In this document: piece after piece, positions 1 to 12,737 of the stretch
How positions within the stretch are numbered: position 1 is the first letter of the stretch
How the letters are laid out: each line of letters opens with the position of its first letter
Assembly (NCBI GenBank): GCA_965649765.1
Contig: OZ287748.1
Location: 11,594,001 to 11,658,000, forward strand
Length of the DNA: 64,000 nucleotides
Origin: Bispira polyomma
Lineage: Eukaryota
Direction of reading: 5' to 3'
The notes under the pieces: generated by a model
The model's input: the letters and a program-made list of their open reading frames with translations, nothing else
The model's database searches: none
What the model was told of the DNA's origin: nothing
Translations under genes and position numbers: made by a program

Positions 1-2003
1 CAAGTGTGAAGGTTCAGGAATGCCGGATCCGGATGGAACCGGAGGTTCCACGGTTGTCTGAGTAAGTTGTGGCGTGGAGGTAGCAGTAGAGGGACTCGCA
101 GTGATAGGTCCACGAGGTCCCAGAACCAGGGCATTCCCGGCCACCCTGGGGCTATGAGAAGTATCCTGCACCTGTGGGTGCGTACTTTGTTGATCACCTT
201 GGTGATCAGAGTTGTCGGGGGATAACAGTAAACGTCCAGGTTGTCCCAAGATATGTTGAGAGCATCCACTGCCCAGGCTTGTGGATCTGGGAGTGGAGAG
301 ACGTATATCGGTAGCTTGTAGTTCAAGTTTGTTGCAAACATGTCCACATGTGGGGTGTACCACTGGCGACACAGGGTTTTGAAGATCCGAGGGCAGAGTG
401 ACCACTCTGTCTGGATGACTTGGTTCTTTCTGGAGAGAGCGTCGGCGATGACGTTTCGACATCCGGGAATGTGACGAGCTCTGAGAGTCACGGCTGACTT
501 GTGACACAATGTTTGTATCCTCCAGACTAGGGCACACATCTCCATTGAGTGTGTGCCTCCCTGCTTGTTTATGTAGGCTACCACAGATGAGTTGTCTGTT
601 GACAGAAGGACTCTTTGACCGGTGCACTGAACCTTGAAGGCCTGTAGAGCCCGATAGACGGCCTTGAGTTCTAGGACATTTATGTGTAGATCTTGTTCGG
701 ACACTGACCATCCGCCTCTTGCTGTGTGATAATCCAAGTGAGTGCCCCAACCTTCGTTTGAAGCGTCTGTAAAGAGCAATGTATTGTGCTCGAGAGGATG
801 GAGGGAGTCTCCCACCAACACGTTTTTTGGATCCAACCACCATTCGAGGTGAGCCTTGAGGAGAGGGTCCACTGGAATGAGTTTGTTTAAGGTTTCTGGG
901 AACCTCCAGTGGTTCTTCAGGTGCCATTGTAGAGGTCGCATTTGAAGGCGACCCCCAGGAACTTGTTTTTCTGTTGACGCAAGGAGGCCGATAAGAGACA
1001 TCCAGAGTCGCACAGACACCTGAGCGGTGATGAGTATCCGGTTGATCATATCCTGTAGCTTGCACAACCGGTCTGTTGTAGGTAGTACCAGTCCCCTCTG
1101 TAGATCGAACTGGTACCCGACGAAGGTAAAGTTCTGTGAGGGGATAAGTTCCTTTTTTTAAGACTTTTTGTAATTGATGATCCAGCCCAAATCTGTGATG
1201 AGGGAGATCAAGGTCTCTGTGCTGGCTTGGCATTGAGCCGCTGAAGGTGCTCTGATAAGCCAGTCGTCCAAATACTGATGCATCCGAACTCCCAAAGAGA
1301 GGGCCATCAGTTTTACTTCCTTGACTAGTAGAGTGAACTCGTGAGGGGCTGTTGCTAGTCCAAATGGAAGAGCCCTGAACTGGTAGGACTTGCCTCTGTG
1401 GTGGAACCTGAGGTATTTTTGAGACCTGGGGTGAATAGGGATGTGTAGATAAGCATCCGTGAGGTCCAGTGAGGTGACCCATTCCCCCTGTTGTAGGGAG
1501 GCCCGGATAGATTCCGGGGTCTCCATGCGGAACTTGTGGACCTCGAGGTATTTGTTGATAGTACTGAGGTCTATGACCGGTCTCCATCGGTTGCCCGGTT
1601 TGGGTACAAGGAAAAGACGACTGGTGTATCCCAACGAGTTTGTCTTTTGCACCGGTACGACTGCTTGTTTTGACAGAAGGTCCACCACACAGTTGTGTAA
1701 GGCTTTGTCTTTTTCTACTCCCGTGTATCCGCTTATGATGTATGGGAACCGGGAGAGAGGAGGCTTTCTCCTGAATGGAAGGGAATATCCTAGTCTTATG
1801 ATATCCAGTTCTCTTTGGATTATTCCTTTTGATGTCCATTCGGGCACAAAATGAAGCAAACGCGCCCCAACCCCTAAGGGCGTCTGCTCCGGTGGATTCT
1901 CATTTGGATGAGCCACCGCGGCCTCCACCACGAGAGAAAGGCTTTTTGAAGCCTCCTCCTGATCCTTTGTCCGATCCATTGCCACCACCGCCTCCACGGC
2001 CAC
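1..2003 (-). pseudogene. DIRS pol: reverse transcriptase, RNase H and Dam-like methyltransferase domain; in-frame TAA at 1158-1160
   Basis: RT motifs LDLTDAYLHIP, LPFGL, YLDDWL. After the stop the same frame stays open to base 1, with FTDASNEGWG, HINVLELKA, TDNSSV, HIPGCRNVIADALSR (RNase H) and VDMFA, YCYPP, APGWPGMPWF (MT-like). Confidence 0.93.
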
Positions 2004-4690
2004 CCCTATAGGAGTTATTTCCCCGCCCCCGGGAAGACCGACCGCGTCCCCCCTGGTAATAGGGTGAGGACCGGTTGCCGCGGTATGAGCCCTTGGATGA
2101 GCTACTTTTGCTTTTGTAGTCCCCTGAGGAACTGCGGTTTGTGTTATAGCGTTTATCGTTCTTTATGGCCTCCTGGGCCTTGGTGACAACCGCAGGGTCG
2201 AATAGATCAGTCGATTGGTATGGAGATGACCTCAGGTCGGATTTTAAGTGACCTGGCACAAATGGGTGCAGATTTGTTAACACGGCATCTCTTCTAAAGA
2301 GAATTGTGTTAGCCATCATTGTCATTATGTCTGCGTGGAGGTGTCCCACGACCCGGGACATGCTAATCATGACCCTCTGTGCAACAGCTAGGCTTTCTTC
2401 TTTAAGAGCCGGGTCCTATATCGGTAGCTTGTAGTTCATGTTCTTGGCGGGCCTTTGTGATTGCTATCTCAGCAGCTCTAGAGAAGTGCGAGTAGTGGTT
2501 GAGAGCTGAGAGCCACTCTTTTTGTCTACCCTCCCACTGCCGCATTTGCTTTTGAGACACATGACAGGCCGGAGTCTGTCTGGGGTTGTTCTGCTCTATA
2601 TCTCGGAAATTGGAATTGAGCAGTTGAGGTGTAGATGACCACGCAGCGTCTTGTATGGGATAAAATTTTACATCCGACCTGGGCATTTTAAGAATTTCTC
2701 CTTGTTGAAGGCGCCTAGACTCTCCACCGGTAGGGTGAGCAGTTGTAGCGAGAGTAAGGGCCTGGAATTTTGAAGCCAAGTCTAAAGCCGGTAGCTTGAG
2801 AGATGGGGGCAATACGGAGTCCTCCGCTGCGGGCTGTGCCCGAAACAGTGACGTTGAAGAATCCTCCTTAGGAGTTTCTTTTAGTTCTGGGATGTCAAGT
2901 ATTGTCCTAACAGCCTTCAAAGTTTCTACATATGTAGGGAAGTATGTATACTCGTCCCTAGTTGTGGTGGCGTTATCGTCCTCAGAAAAATTTCGGTGGG
3001 AACGCGAGGAATCCCGAGAGGTTCTTCCCGGTGTAGGAGAATTTAAATGTTGGCCAATCTCCTTTGCCCTTTTCCTTGCAGCGATAAACTCTGCAGAGTG
3101 TTCCTCCTCATTTTCATCTGAGACTTCGCCTGCCTCGCGTTCTGGGTCCCGTGCAGGGGGAGCCCCTAGAGAAGCTGAAGGTTTAGCCTTCTGTTTGGAT
3201 TTAACCGGTTTTGCCGGTTCATAGTCAGATGAGTCACTTGAAGAGTCCGAGGATGACGAGTCTGGGGTTCTCTTCTAATGACGACTCTTTTTATCCTTTT
3301 TATGCTTTTTCTTTTGTTCTTTCTTGAACTTCCGCTCATACCTGGCCAAGGTTTTAGGTGACATATATTCCATTTCCTGATCTGGGTCAGGAGTGGCTTT
3401 GTCCCATGATATTTCTGGCTGTGTATCCATGGGGGCCTTGGTATGGTGTAGGCCATAAGACCTATCCGGTTGTTCGAACAGAGGCTCATGGTAGCCCCTA
3501 GTATGAGCTTGTTGTTGGGTGGATGTTGATAAGACATCACCGTACTGGTCACGAGGCTGTTGAGCCGGAGTGAGGCCGCTACCTGGTGTGAGAGGCTCCC
3601 TCTCACGGGTTTGGTTTTTAAGATAGGATAGTTCCTTCATGAGCATTTGGAGTAGTAGATCAGACTTTGCCGTCTGCTGTTGGAGCAAATTGTCGGTACG
3701 CTGCTGTTGCAGGTCCATTTTGCCGTGCAGAGAGAAGAGTTCAGTGGTGAACTGATTTCTCAAGTTATCTACGAGAGCACGCGACTGTGTCATCGGTGTA
3801 GCAGGGGGTAGTGGAGGTAGTGGCTGAATACCGGGTATACCCGGTGCTGGGCCTAATCCTGTCACGTTTTCCAATGGGATCTGTACATCTACCCTCTGAG
3901 GATAAGGTGGCTGAAAACCACTAGTGGAAGCCGTGGGCTGAGGTTGTTCAGCAGGTTCATCGAGGAGGACGTTGGCTTCAAAGTCTGAAACCTCCATGGC
4001 TTCTGCACTGGTGCCGGTGCCGGTTAGACCGGTAGCACCACCGGACCGGTTAGGCGAGTCTAGCAGGGTATCTTCTGGGGATGCCAGAGGGGCCCGTTTC
4101 TTTTCCTGCCGTTGTCGGTAGGTGACTCTTGATTTTATTTTTGTTCGTTGATCATCTGTGAGGCTATCACAAAATTTGCAAAAATCTGACGGATTCTTGG
4201 CACAAGAGTCCTGTCCTTTTCCAGCCTGTCGGCAGGTAGGACACCACCCATGATCATCCCATGAGGCAAAGAAATGGCCACAACGGCCCTGCTTTTGCCC
4301 AGATTTTGTGCCACTAGCTTGTCTAGGAGGCTTGGGAGGAGGGGTGGCAACACAGATGAGTAAAAGGGCAGCGCATATCAGGGATATGGCCACAATAGTC
4401 AGGATAGCAAGGGGAGGAAGCTGTGGTGAGGTAGACTGTCCAGAGACATTGGCTCTACACTCCACTGTGCTGAGTAAACTCAGCCATAAGAAGACCCAGA
4501 GAACTGAGCTCCTGCTTTCCCCTGAGGGTGAGAGCACCCCCACAAGATGCAATAAACTCGGAAACCGAGTAGCCATCTTGTATCCAAGGAAGATAAGGCC
4601 AGAGCTGAAAGCTCTGCAAAACCCCATGAACCCTATCCAGGTGGGACTAAAAAAGTCCAGCATGATCCATATACAAAGAGCTAACTCCAT
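1900..4690 (-). pseudogene. DIRS gag-like ORF1 (~920 aa reconstructed), with in-frame TAG at 3275-3277 and frameshift at 2417-2438
   Basis: Zn-finger-like CGH-x7-H-x2-CPTC...C...CKFC, Lys/Ser-rich linker, RRDAVL motif and RG-rich C-terminus. The ORF-track pieces 3275..4690, 2402..2920 and 1900..2370 join up. Confidence 0.85.
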
Positions 4691-5249
4691 GATAACAATT
4701 CACATTAAAAACCTGTAACAATCTTTAAGAATATTCAAATAAAGTTCGTAATCTGAACACGATGTCTTCAAAATGGCGACCAGTAAAAGAATGGTCGTTT
4801 GCGTAGCTTCTCGCGCAGGGTCACGTGATGTCCCGGTCCCCGGCGGACTGACTCTCGTCGGAGGCGACCGGTACATAACCCCTTTTCTCTTAGGGATTGG
4901 TCGTCACCGGCAGGCGAACTACCGGTAAGCACACAGTTTCACTGGGTAAGTAATTGTATTGCAATAAAATTACCCTAATTTGTACATTACCCAGGGCTCA
5001 CTATAGTTGTTATAGTCCACTAGTTAAGGTCTTCACACACTACAGCGAGGCGACTACTAGCAAGCCGTTAGTAAATAGTTGAGAAATCAATAATCTGTGT
5101 GCAACCTTTCACATTCTTTGCAAAATAAAGTACTAGACTAAGTGAGGTGAGGTGTTCTAAACAAGACAATTTGTGTCCGTGGTACCAAATATAGTAGTAG
5201 AGAAAATTGTATTCAAGAAAGTATACATTAACATTCATGGTTTTATGCA

Positions 5250-5497
5250 AGTCTGAGTTCTTATTTGGGGTGTAACAGCAATGAAACCAGTGGCTTTGCT
5301 GATACACACCACTGACTAGTACACATACTGCCTAGCAATAGTGTAAAAACTACTTCTATAGAAGATAGATTTAAGGATTTAGTCGTAGATAGTCTGAGTT
5401 CTCATTTGGGGTGTAACAGCGATGAAACCAGTCGCTTTGCTAGTACACACCACTCACTAGTACATGCTGCCATGTGATAGTGTACAGACTACTTTTA
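5250..5497. repeat. Intronic direct duplication (~107 bp homology, 141-bp period)
   Basis: agtctgagttct...ggggtgtaacagc...actagtaca at 5250 and 5391. Confidence 0.85.
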
Positions 5498-6498
5498 CAG
5501 TCAAATCCCTTTCAAGTAGAACTCTGATAAGTAGAATTATCTGTTAAATAGAACCTATTTTAAGGTCCCATTGCTATATTATTCTAAATTCTAATTAAAA
5601 TTGACCCTGTTAAATAGAAGTTCTGTTAAGAAGAAGAAATCCTGATGGTCCCTTCATTTTCGACTTGACAGGGTTTTACTATATAGTGTTAGCTTTAACG
5701 GTTTAATTGTAGATAATGTGTCAGTCACTGCACCTCTCATCATGAGTGACTACACCCTTTTAACCCTTAAGTCTACCACTCAATGGGGGGGGGAGTGTAA
5801 TATTAGAAACCTTCATGACCCCATCATTAAATGCAATGTAATAAGCACCAAATCCATAGGAAATCAATGAAATACCTAGATCCTTTTGGAGCAAACTAAT
5901 TTGCAATATCATGCCCAAAGCTGTGCCACCGGACTGCAATAAATAAACTCACTTTCTACATCATTTACTTCTTCCCTGCTTTAATGTGTTAATGGTTGGC
6001 ATAATAGTAAGCAATGCCACAAGCATAACATGTAACACATTCCAGCAGCAAATGTCCCCTCCCAAAAAGTTTTTGCCAGGAGGCAGACAGGTGGGAGAGC
6101 GAGGGGGGAAGGGGGGGGGGCATTACTTGGAATTACTGCACAGAAGTTTAAAATATTGGACTCTAGTATAAAACTGGACTATTTATGACTTTTTAAATGA
6201 ATGGAAAAGTACTTCTTGTGGGCACTTTAATGGAATGTTTTAAATACCTTGCCAAACTCAGAGATATACAGATTTGATCCATGACTATATACTAAACACA
6301 CCCATCTCAAAACAAGTGGGGAAAATTCAACTGTATTTGTATATAACCAGAACATGTTACATCTGGTTGCTCATTGCAATTGAAAGTAGAAAGCTTCACA
6401 ATATAAGGTTATCTCAATTTATTCTGTGCTTTTAAGAAACCAAGATAATTCATGTTTCAAGTAGAATGTGACTTATATGATTATCATCACTTTAAGGT

Positions 6499-6749
6499 CC
6501 AGGGGCGGTGTTCACAAATGTTCTTTAAGTCTTGATATAGTCCTACACTTAAAATTGTGTCTAAAATATTTAAGACTGTTGTGTGTTAGTATTTGTGTTA
6601 AGAGCACAGTTTTAACACTAATATCAAATCTCTTTTTAATGCCTCGAGGACCAAGACCAAATCAATTCTTTAATGAAAAAGCCTAGATAAACATCTTAGA
6701 TTTAAGATTAAAACTCAGCTAAGAACATTTGTGAATTCTGAGTCCCTGG
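6499..6749. mobile_element. Harbinger-like MITE (longer family)
   Basis: TIR ccaggg...ttcacaaatgttctt / aagaacatttgtgaa...ccctgg; relatives at about 9820-10109 and 43481-43900. Confidence 0.65.
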
Positions 6750-7744
6750 GAAGAACTAGATAAATGCAACACAGAGTAACAGGAATTAAATTAATGCTTG
6801 TAGTTTCCTCACCTTAGTTTATAAAAATGCAAAACATGGATTTTCAACTAATACTAAATGATACCAAAAAGCTAATTCAGAAAATAATAAAGAATAGAGT
6901 CATTAAACCAAGATAAATATATATATTTTTCATTACAGAACATTATTTCTGGCTTCAAGGTAAGGGAAAAACACCCCAACACCTATAAAACTAATTTTTA
7001 AAAATCCCAGGTAATGTAACCATAAAAACATGTCAAAGTTAAATAACTGGCAGATATTTGGTGTGCCCTAATTAATTAATCACAGGAAAGCCGGTAATGA
7101 CAGGAAAGCTCCGGGCTATTTCTCTCTTTAACATGTGGCATATAATGACCCTAAAATGGAAAGGCAACACACAAATAATGTGCTACCTTTAATCAGTTTT
7201 TATGATCACATTACCTTTTTATGTGAAGCATGTATTCAGTAAAATGATATGGGAAGCATTTTATTTCATTAAAGTTACAGAATAACAGCAAATTGTTTTA
7301 AACTACTCAAGTGATCACAATAGTGTACTACAGGTCAGAATCATTTTTCATTGCCAGTTTTTTATGGTTAATTTATTGGGTTCTTTTTTTGTGTCCGTCA
7401 CTGCAAAATCATGCAAGCTTAATTTCTTAATGCTATCATAAGTGCTAAATCCTGAAATTATGGTTTGTTTATTGACAGTGAAGAGAATGTCTACAATAAA
7501 TATCCTCCGTATTTGTATATTAATTTAATATGCATTAAAAATTACTTCATCAAAAAATTAAATTTTTTAATCATATGACTATTATATAGAAGGAAATCAC
7601 TTTAAATTAGGGAAGGGCTATTGTGTATTCTCACCGGATTTTCTGTCCAGTATAAATTGGAACCCGACAATATCCGTTTTCGGATAATTATACAGATCCT
7701 GATCCGGATGGGGTCCAGTGTGTTTCCACCTTAACACTTTCATC

Positions 7745-7960
7745 TCCCACTACCTCTGCAATCATGAGTTAGAATCTCGGCCATGGCATGTATGTGGGAA
7801 AGTAGGCAGTAGACTTGCTGAAGGCTGGTGTGGTTTGCAAATTCAGAAATCTTGACCAACTATATACTAGCTATGTTGCCTTTCTTCACCAATAAACTGC
7901 CTGACAGCATATAATATGCAGTTGTTTTCAATCTTATATTGTAGCAGTCGTTTAGAGTTT
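7745..7960 (+). mobile_element. Degenerate SINE
   Basis: gagttagaatc B-box relic and tatgtgggaaag core. Confidence 0.6.
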
Positions 7961-8295
7961 TAGTATACCTGGGGTTTAATGTGAACCATACAACATAGTT
8001 CAGTTTAAATTTGCCTAACAACCGCTCTAGACATATCCATGGCAGGCAGACCACATGATTCGTTAGATGAACTGTGTACACAGATTATCTTGTCCCAAGC
8101 TGATGTAGTCTCAACCTGGTTGGTGTTTTGACCTCTATAATAATCATGTACTAATAAATTGTGTTTTGTGTTAATACATCATGGATCCTAATCATCATCC
8201 CATGTGTCAAAGAAATATACAGTATCCCCCCATATTTCATGACTTGCTGGTGTTTAGCACTGTGTCGTCGTCCCCCTGTGGGGTTTAAGACTTAC

Positions 8296-8447
8296 CCCAT
8301 CAATCATGCCTTGGTGTTGTTGTATTCGGACTGCCAGTAGGAAGGCAAACAGAAGCTTGTGCTTCTCAAACAGGGACCTGCACACATTGCTGTAGAGGCT
8401 GAAGGTGAAGTACTCGTTGATGTTCTTGGTCCTCTGAGGGATGTTGT
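8296..8447 (-). CDS. DNAH1: Dynein HC exon: DNIPQRTKNINEYFTFSLYSNVCRSLFEKHKLLFAFLL...MIDG
   Basis: TTTCAG acceptor, GTAAGT donor, 152 nt. No further exon found between 1 and 8295. Confidence 0.96.
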
Positions 8448-8679
8448 CTGAAATAACAGTCCACAATTCACTAGACTAAAAATACCTATTATATTCAATT
8501 AGTACAATAAAAACAATATATAAAATCATGTGCTTCATTTATGGCTCTGAGTCCTGTATTATATATATATCTTCTATATATCCAAAGAACCTATCCTTGC
8601 GAACATTCATTTTGCTAGAGCTTTAAACGCTGAATTTAAATAAATAATCAGATTTTATTTATCTTCTCTCTCACCAGAG

Positions 8680-9016
8680 TTAGGGGCCAATATACCGGTC
8701 TGATTTTTGCTTCCGAATCCATCATCCGATGTCCATCAACCAACGTCGAAATTTGCAGATACACTATATCCAAAAAACTGGCCGTTTTTCTAGTATTCAT
8801 GTTTTGAAAAAAAATAAAATCTAAAACCTTTAAGACCTTCCCGTCCATCATCCGATCTTGAACCGATTTTGAACATTCAGATCCAAATTTGGAAGTGACT
8901 TCAGCCAGGTGTATCCTACTTCTCTGTTTTCTTTGATTAAAATTTTTCGGATGACAGAAACGAATGTCAAATGACCGATTTGGAAGCAAAATCGGACAGG
9001 TATATTCACCCCTTTA
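8680..9016. mobile_element. MITE with ~38-bp TIRs
   Basis: aatataccggtctgatttttgcttccgaatc pairs with gatttggaagcaaaatcggacaggtatatt. Confidence 0.7.
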
Positions 9017-10799
9017 AGGAGACCTTAGATTTTGAGCTTGAGTAGTGTCAAGCTTGAGCTGTTTTGTAAGATACAGCTCCAGATGTATTGTTCTATTGGA
9101 ACAAAACTGGACACATATTTTTTAGACCTGGAGAGTTGCACAGGTACTGTGCATAAGGCACTACATCTAACCTCCTCTAAATATATTATCCTGATTGCTG
9201 TCACTAAGTTACAATGACTTTAACAACAATTATTTTACTCACTGTAGCTTTACTTTTATATCCAAAGATAAACCTTCAGCAATTATTGATCTACTATTTG
9301 AACTTTAGTTATTAAATTGTAAATTGCTAACTTGTAGCTAAACATGCTACTTCAAACATGTCTAAAGATTTTTGTATATTTTATTATTCTAAAATAAAAT
9401 ATTTTGTGACTCCTAGACTATTACTTTTAATTTAATGGAGGTACACTCTGCATTGGTCATAAAAAAAGCTGAAAATAATTTGTAAGAAAAAAATCAACTT
9501 AAATACATCTTTATCAATTAGTATTTCATTACAAAAATGTATCATATACACACATCATATATGCAGGAAATAAATGAATAAAGAACCTGAAAGATAAAGA
9601 ATAAGAATCAATAGGGGTGAACAGTTTTAAAGGGTAATGGGTTTATGGTAACTAGGTGTGGTATTTTTACAACACTGATATGTACAACAACAACAGGAAC
9701 AACATGATTACACACAATCATTATAGGCAAGCAGCACGGACCATCATCTCTACAGTGATAAAGCTCCGAATTAGCCTTAAATCAGGGTTATAGAGAACAA
9801 CGCTAGCATGTGTAAAAATCAGGGACCATATTCATGAACCAGTGAAATTCTATTTCTGACTTAGATTTCAAGTATGTTCTTGATTTTTTTAGTAACTTAG
9901 ATCCAAATGTATTCACGAAAGAAAACTTACTTACTTTGGAGAAAAAACTTACTTAGATTTTAAGTGAGCAGATGAGGTACCTTGACATTTCTTTCCTAAC
10001 TTGAATTTTTAGTAAAATGTAAATAAGTACAGTTTCTCATTTGTTTATTGAATACAACTTCTGAGGTGAAATTTTTTTAATCACTTGTTCGTGAATATGG
10101 TGGCCCCAGTTTATTGATGACTGAACCAACTATTTCTCCTTAAATAGAGCTCCGATTATTTGTTACAAAGTTGTTTTCTTGACATTGCTGTGTAAACCTA
10201 AACAAGACTAAGTGAAGAGTTAAAGCTTGATCTGTGTGAGTATATATGATGGTCCCTACTGCCTTGATAGCAATTTGTGGAAATATTAAATACAAGTATG
10301 TAATATCTTTGTATATGTAGCCAACACCTTCATAGAAGAGAGCTCATGCACGGAGTATAAAGAGATAGAATGACAATGAAGTTAAAATCACCAGACACCA
10401 GAGTATATACCTCACACCACTAGTTAACAATTCTTTAAAAAAAGAAAATGCCCTATTGTATCATGATATTAACAACCACAACCATAACCACTCTTGTGTC
10501 TTTGAGCAACGCCCTAAAAAAAGGCAATAGACTTCCTAGTTTCTTCTCTCAGATCCCCACTTAGAAAGGCCTGGATATTTAGGGCTTAACCGTAGCTGTG
10601 CTATGAAAAGATCTTCCAGTGGAGCTTTCTAGATCACAAAGATCACTTTTCAGATTCAGGTAAAAACAGCTCTTTAAACTAGTCTATTCTTCTCCTCGGT
10701 TGTTTGTTGGTCACATGCTACATCATTCCTTACGACCTGCCTATGACTTTGGATGCTTCCTTTGCCTGATCAATCTGACGTTGTGCTTTAGAAGATGCC

Positions 10800-11032
10800 A
10801 GGGGCAATGATTGCCTAGTGGTTATAAGTATCTGCTTTGAAATCACTGGCTTCTCCCCTCTGGGGATTGAATCCCACAGATTCCTTCTTTGTGTGTGAAA
10901 GTTTGTGAGGTACTTGCCGTGGGTCAGTGGTTCACACAGTGGATTTAGCACTGGTTCCCTACAACACTAAACCTGGCCGTCGCAATATGACACAAGCTGT
11001 TGAAAGCGACGTAAAACCCAAATAAATTCAAA
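10800..11032 (+). mobile_element. tRNA-derived SINE
   Basis: A box TGCCTAGTGG, degenerate B box, 13-bp TSD tttagaagatgcc (10787 and 11033). Confidence 0.85.
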
Positions 11033-12737
11033 TTTAGAAGATGCCCAACATCAATAATTGGTGTTAAAAATTCATAATACCATACCAAGCAAATGGCTTG
11101 AATAAGTACCAACTGTCCATCTGTCTAGATAGTATTTCGATGTCACAGAACTACAACTGAACTGCTACATGCCTATCCTTTGGGAAATAACATGTGTATT
11201 AACTGGTTCCTTTGATTAGTCCACTTCATCTTAGATGTAAGTGAATAGGATAATCAGTCTGTGTGATTTAATATTTCAGATCTTCTGTATTTTTAATACT
11301 ACAAGGAATGGACATGGATCAAGAGATGGAACTAAATTGATTTATGTAGCTAACCCCTTGATGACCTTGTTGTCATGTCTGTCGGTGAGCAGTCAACAGT
11401 ATGAAATATTTTTGTTGTCAAAGTATTTTCCCTCGGTATAGTATATTTACTCTCCATTGGTGACAAATGGGTTAATGCTGACCATATTGTGAAGTCAATG
11501 TAAACAACTACAACATCTTTAGCATTCCAAGGATTAAACCTGTCCAGAGATGGTAACAACTCCAGATTCTAAAATTGTGAACATGTTCCAAACCAAATTT
11601 GGCACCTATAAAATATAACTACCGGTAATTCAGTTTTGGTTATTACAAATGTGTGTGTGTAGGTTTATGATTATGTATTACGAAATAATTTACTGCACAT
11701 ATATATTCAATTTATTACAAGCTACTACACTATAGCAGGTTTTTGTTTCATCCAAATGGTCATATTGCTCTGTGGTCTTTTTTATCTTTATGGCCCAACA
11801 GCAGAAACATCTGACATGCATTAGCCTGAATCAAAATATACTGGTCAAGTATTCATACAAATGTGCACCTGCCAATAATTTGCAGAATCTTAAAAAACAT
11901 ATACAGCAGAATTTGATCAAAACCTTTTTGAAGTTTGCAGAATTATTGACATCCCACTGATTTGCAGCATGTTAGGGAACACGACAAATCTCGGTAATCT
12001 GGACAGGTCACGCATTGTTTATTTTGGAGATGATATAGAGGAGCTTTGTAATGACATGGTAATGACTCTAATGAGAGCAATTAGTAGCAGTTACCAAAGC
12101 AAGAAATCTAAGGCTAGAGCCAGCTATTGTTTCCCTTACACAAGGACTACTAGAGGAAGTGGTCTGAATCTCTACGTGTTTTACTGTAGAAAACTGAAAA
12201 AGGTGGTAAATAATGAGGCTGGTACAGGTGTCTTTTAAGTGTTCTCACATCAATGCTGCACTGACCAACGACAATACATTGAGAAAAGGGCAAACATTTA
12301 CAAGAACAACACAAAACAACACCTCTCCTAATACTTCTGTGTGGCACCGGCAGCTCTAATTACTGAACCGGGAAACGGGTAACATGACACTGCTACAAAA
12401 CACACATCATTTAAAGCTCCTTTTGTTAAAAACCTTTGCTGTCTTATTCAGGGTATGAAAGGATTGCGGAAAAAGAACTCTGATCATCGATCAATTTGCA
12501 ACTAAAAACAATCGACTAAAAAAACAAAGTGTTTCAAAAAACATAGAAAACTACTGCCATTCAGATTCAGTACAAATACAGGGAACTTCTTTTAAAAAAA
12601 GTTGGAAGCAGCACGGGACAAAATTCATAATAATGGATGTCACACATTGACAGATTGTACGTAAGAATACAGTCATCCTGTCACTTTGTGTAAAAATGTT
12701 TGTATCAATCATTCATATTAAATTTTAACAAGATGAT

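Larger units (their letters stand above)
1..4981 (-). mobile_element. DIRS1-like (tyrosine-recombinase) retrotransposon, disabled copy, 3' part off-window
   Basis: GC-richer block with gag overlapping an RT-RNaseH-MT pol, no protease between gag and RT, and a TACTTACC-type terminus near 4945-4981. The exact end is approximate. Confidence 0.92.

Noticed and set aside
1150-1170. Programmed frameshift at A AAA AAG in pol
   Set aside because: The run follows the stop and the downstream ORF is in the same frame; a small insertion explains it better.
1459-4718. Plus-strand ORFs over the DIRS element and over dynein exons
   Set aside because: Antisense shadows of coding sequence with no recognisable motifs.
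5250-5497. Direct repeat as part of the DIRS terminal structure or a junction array
   Set aside because: Lies outside the inferred DIRS end, shares no sequence with it, and has no adjacent exon.
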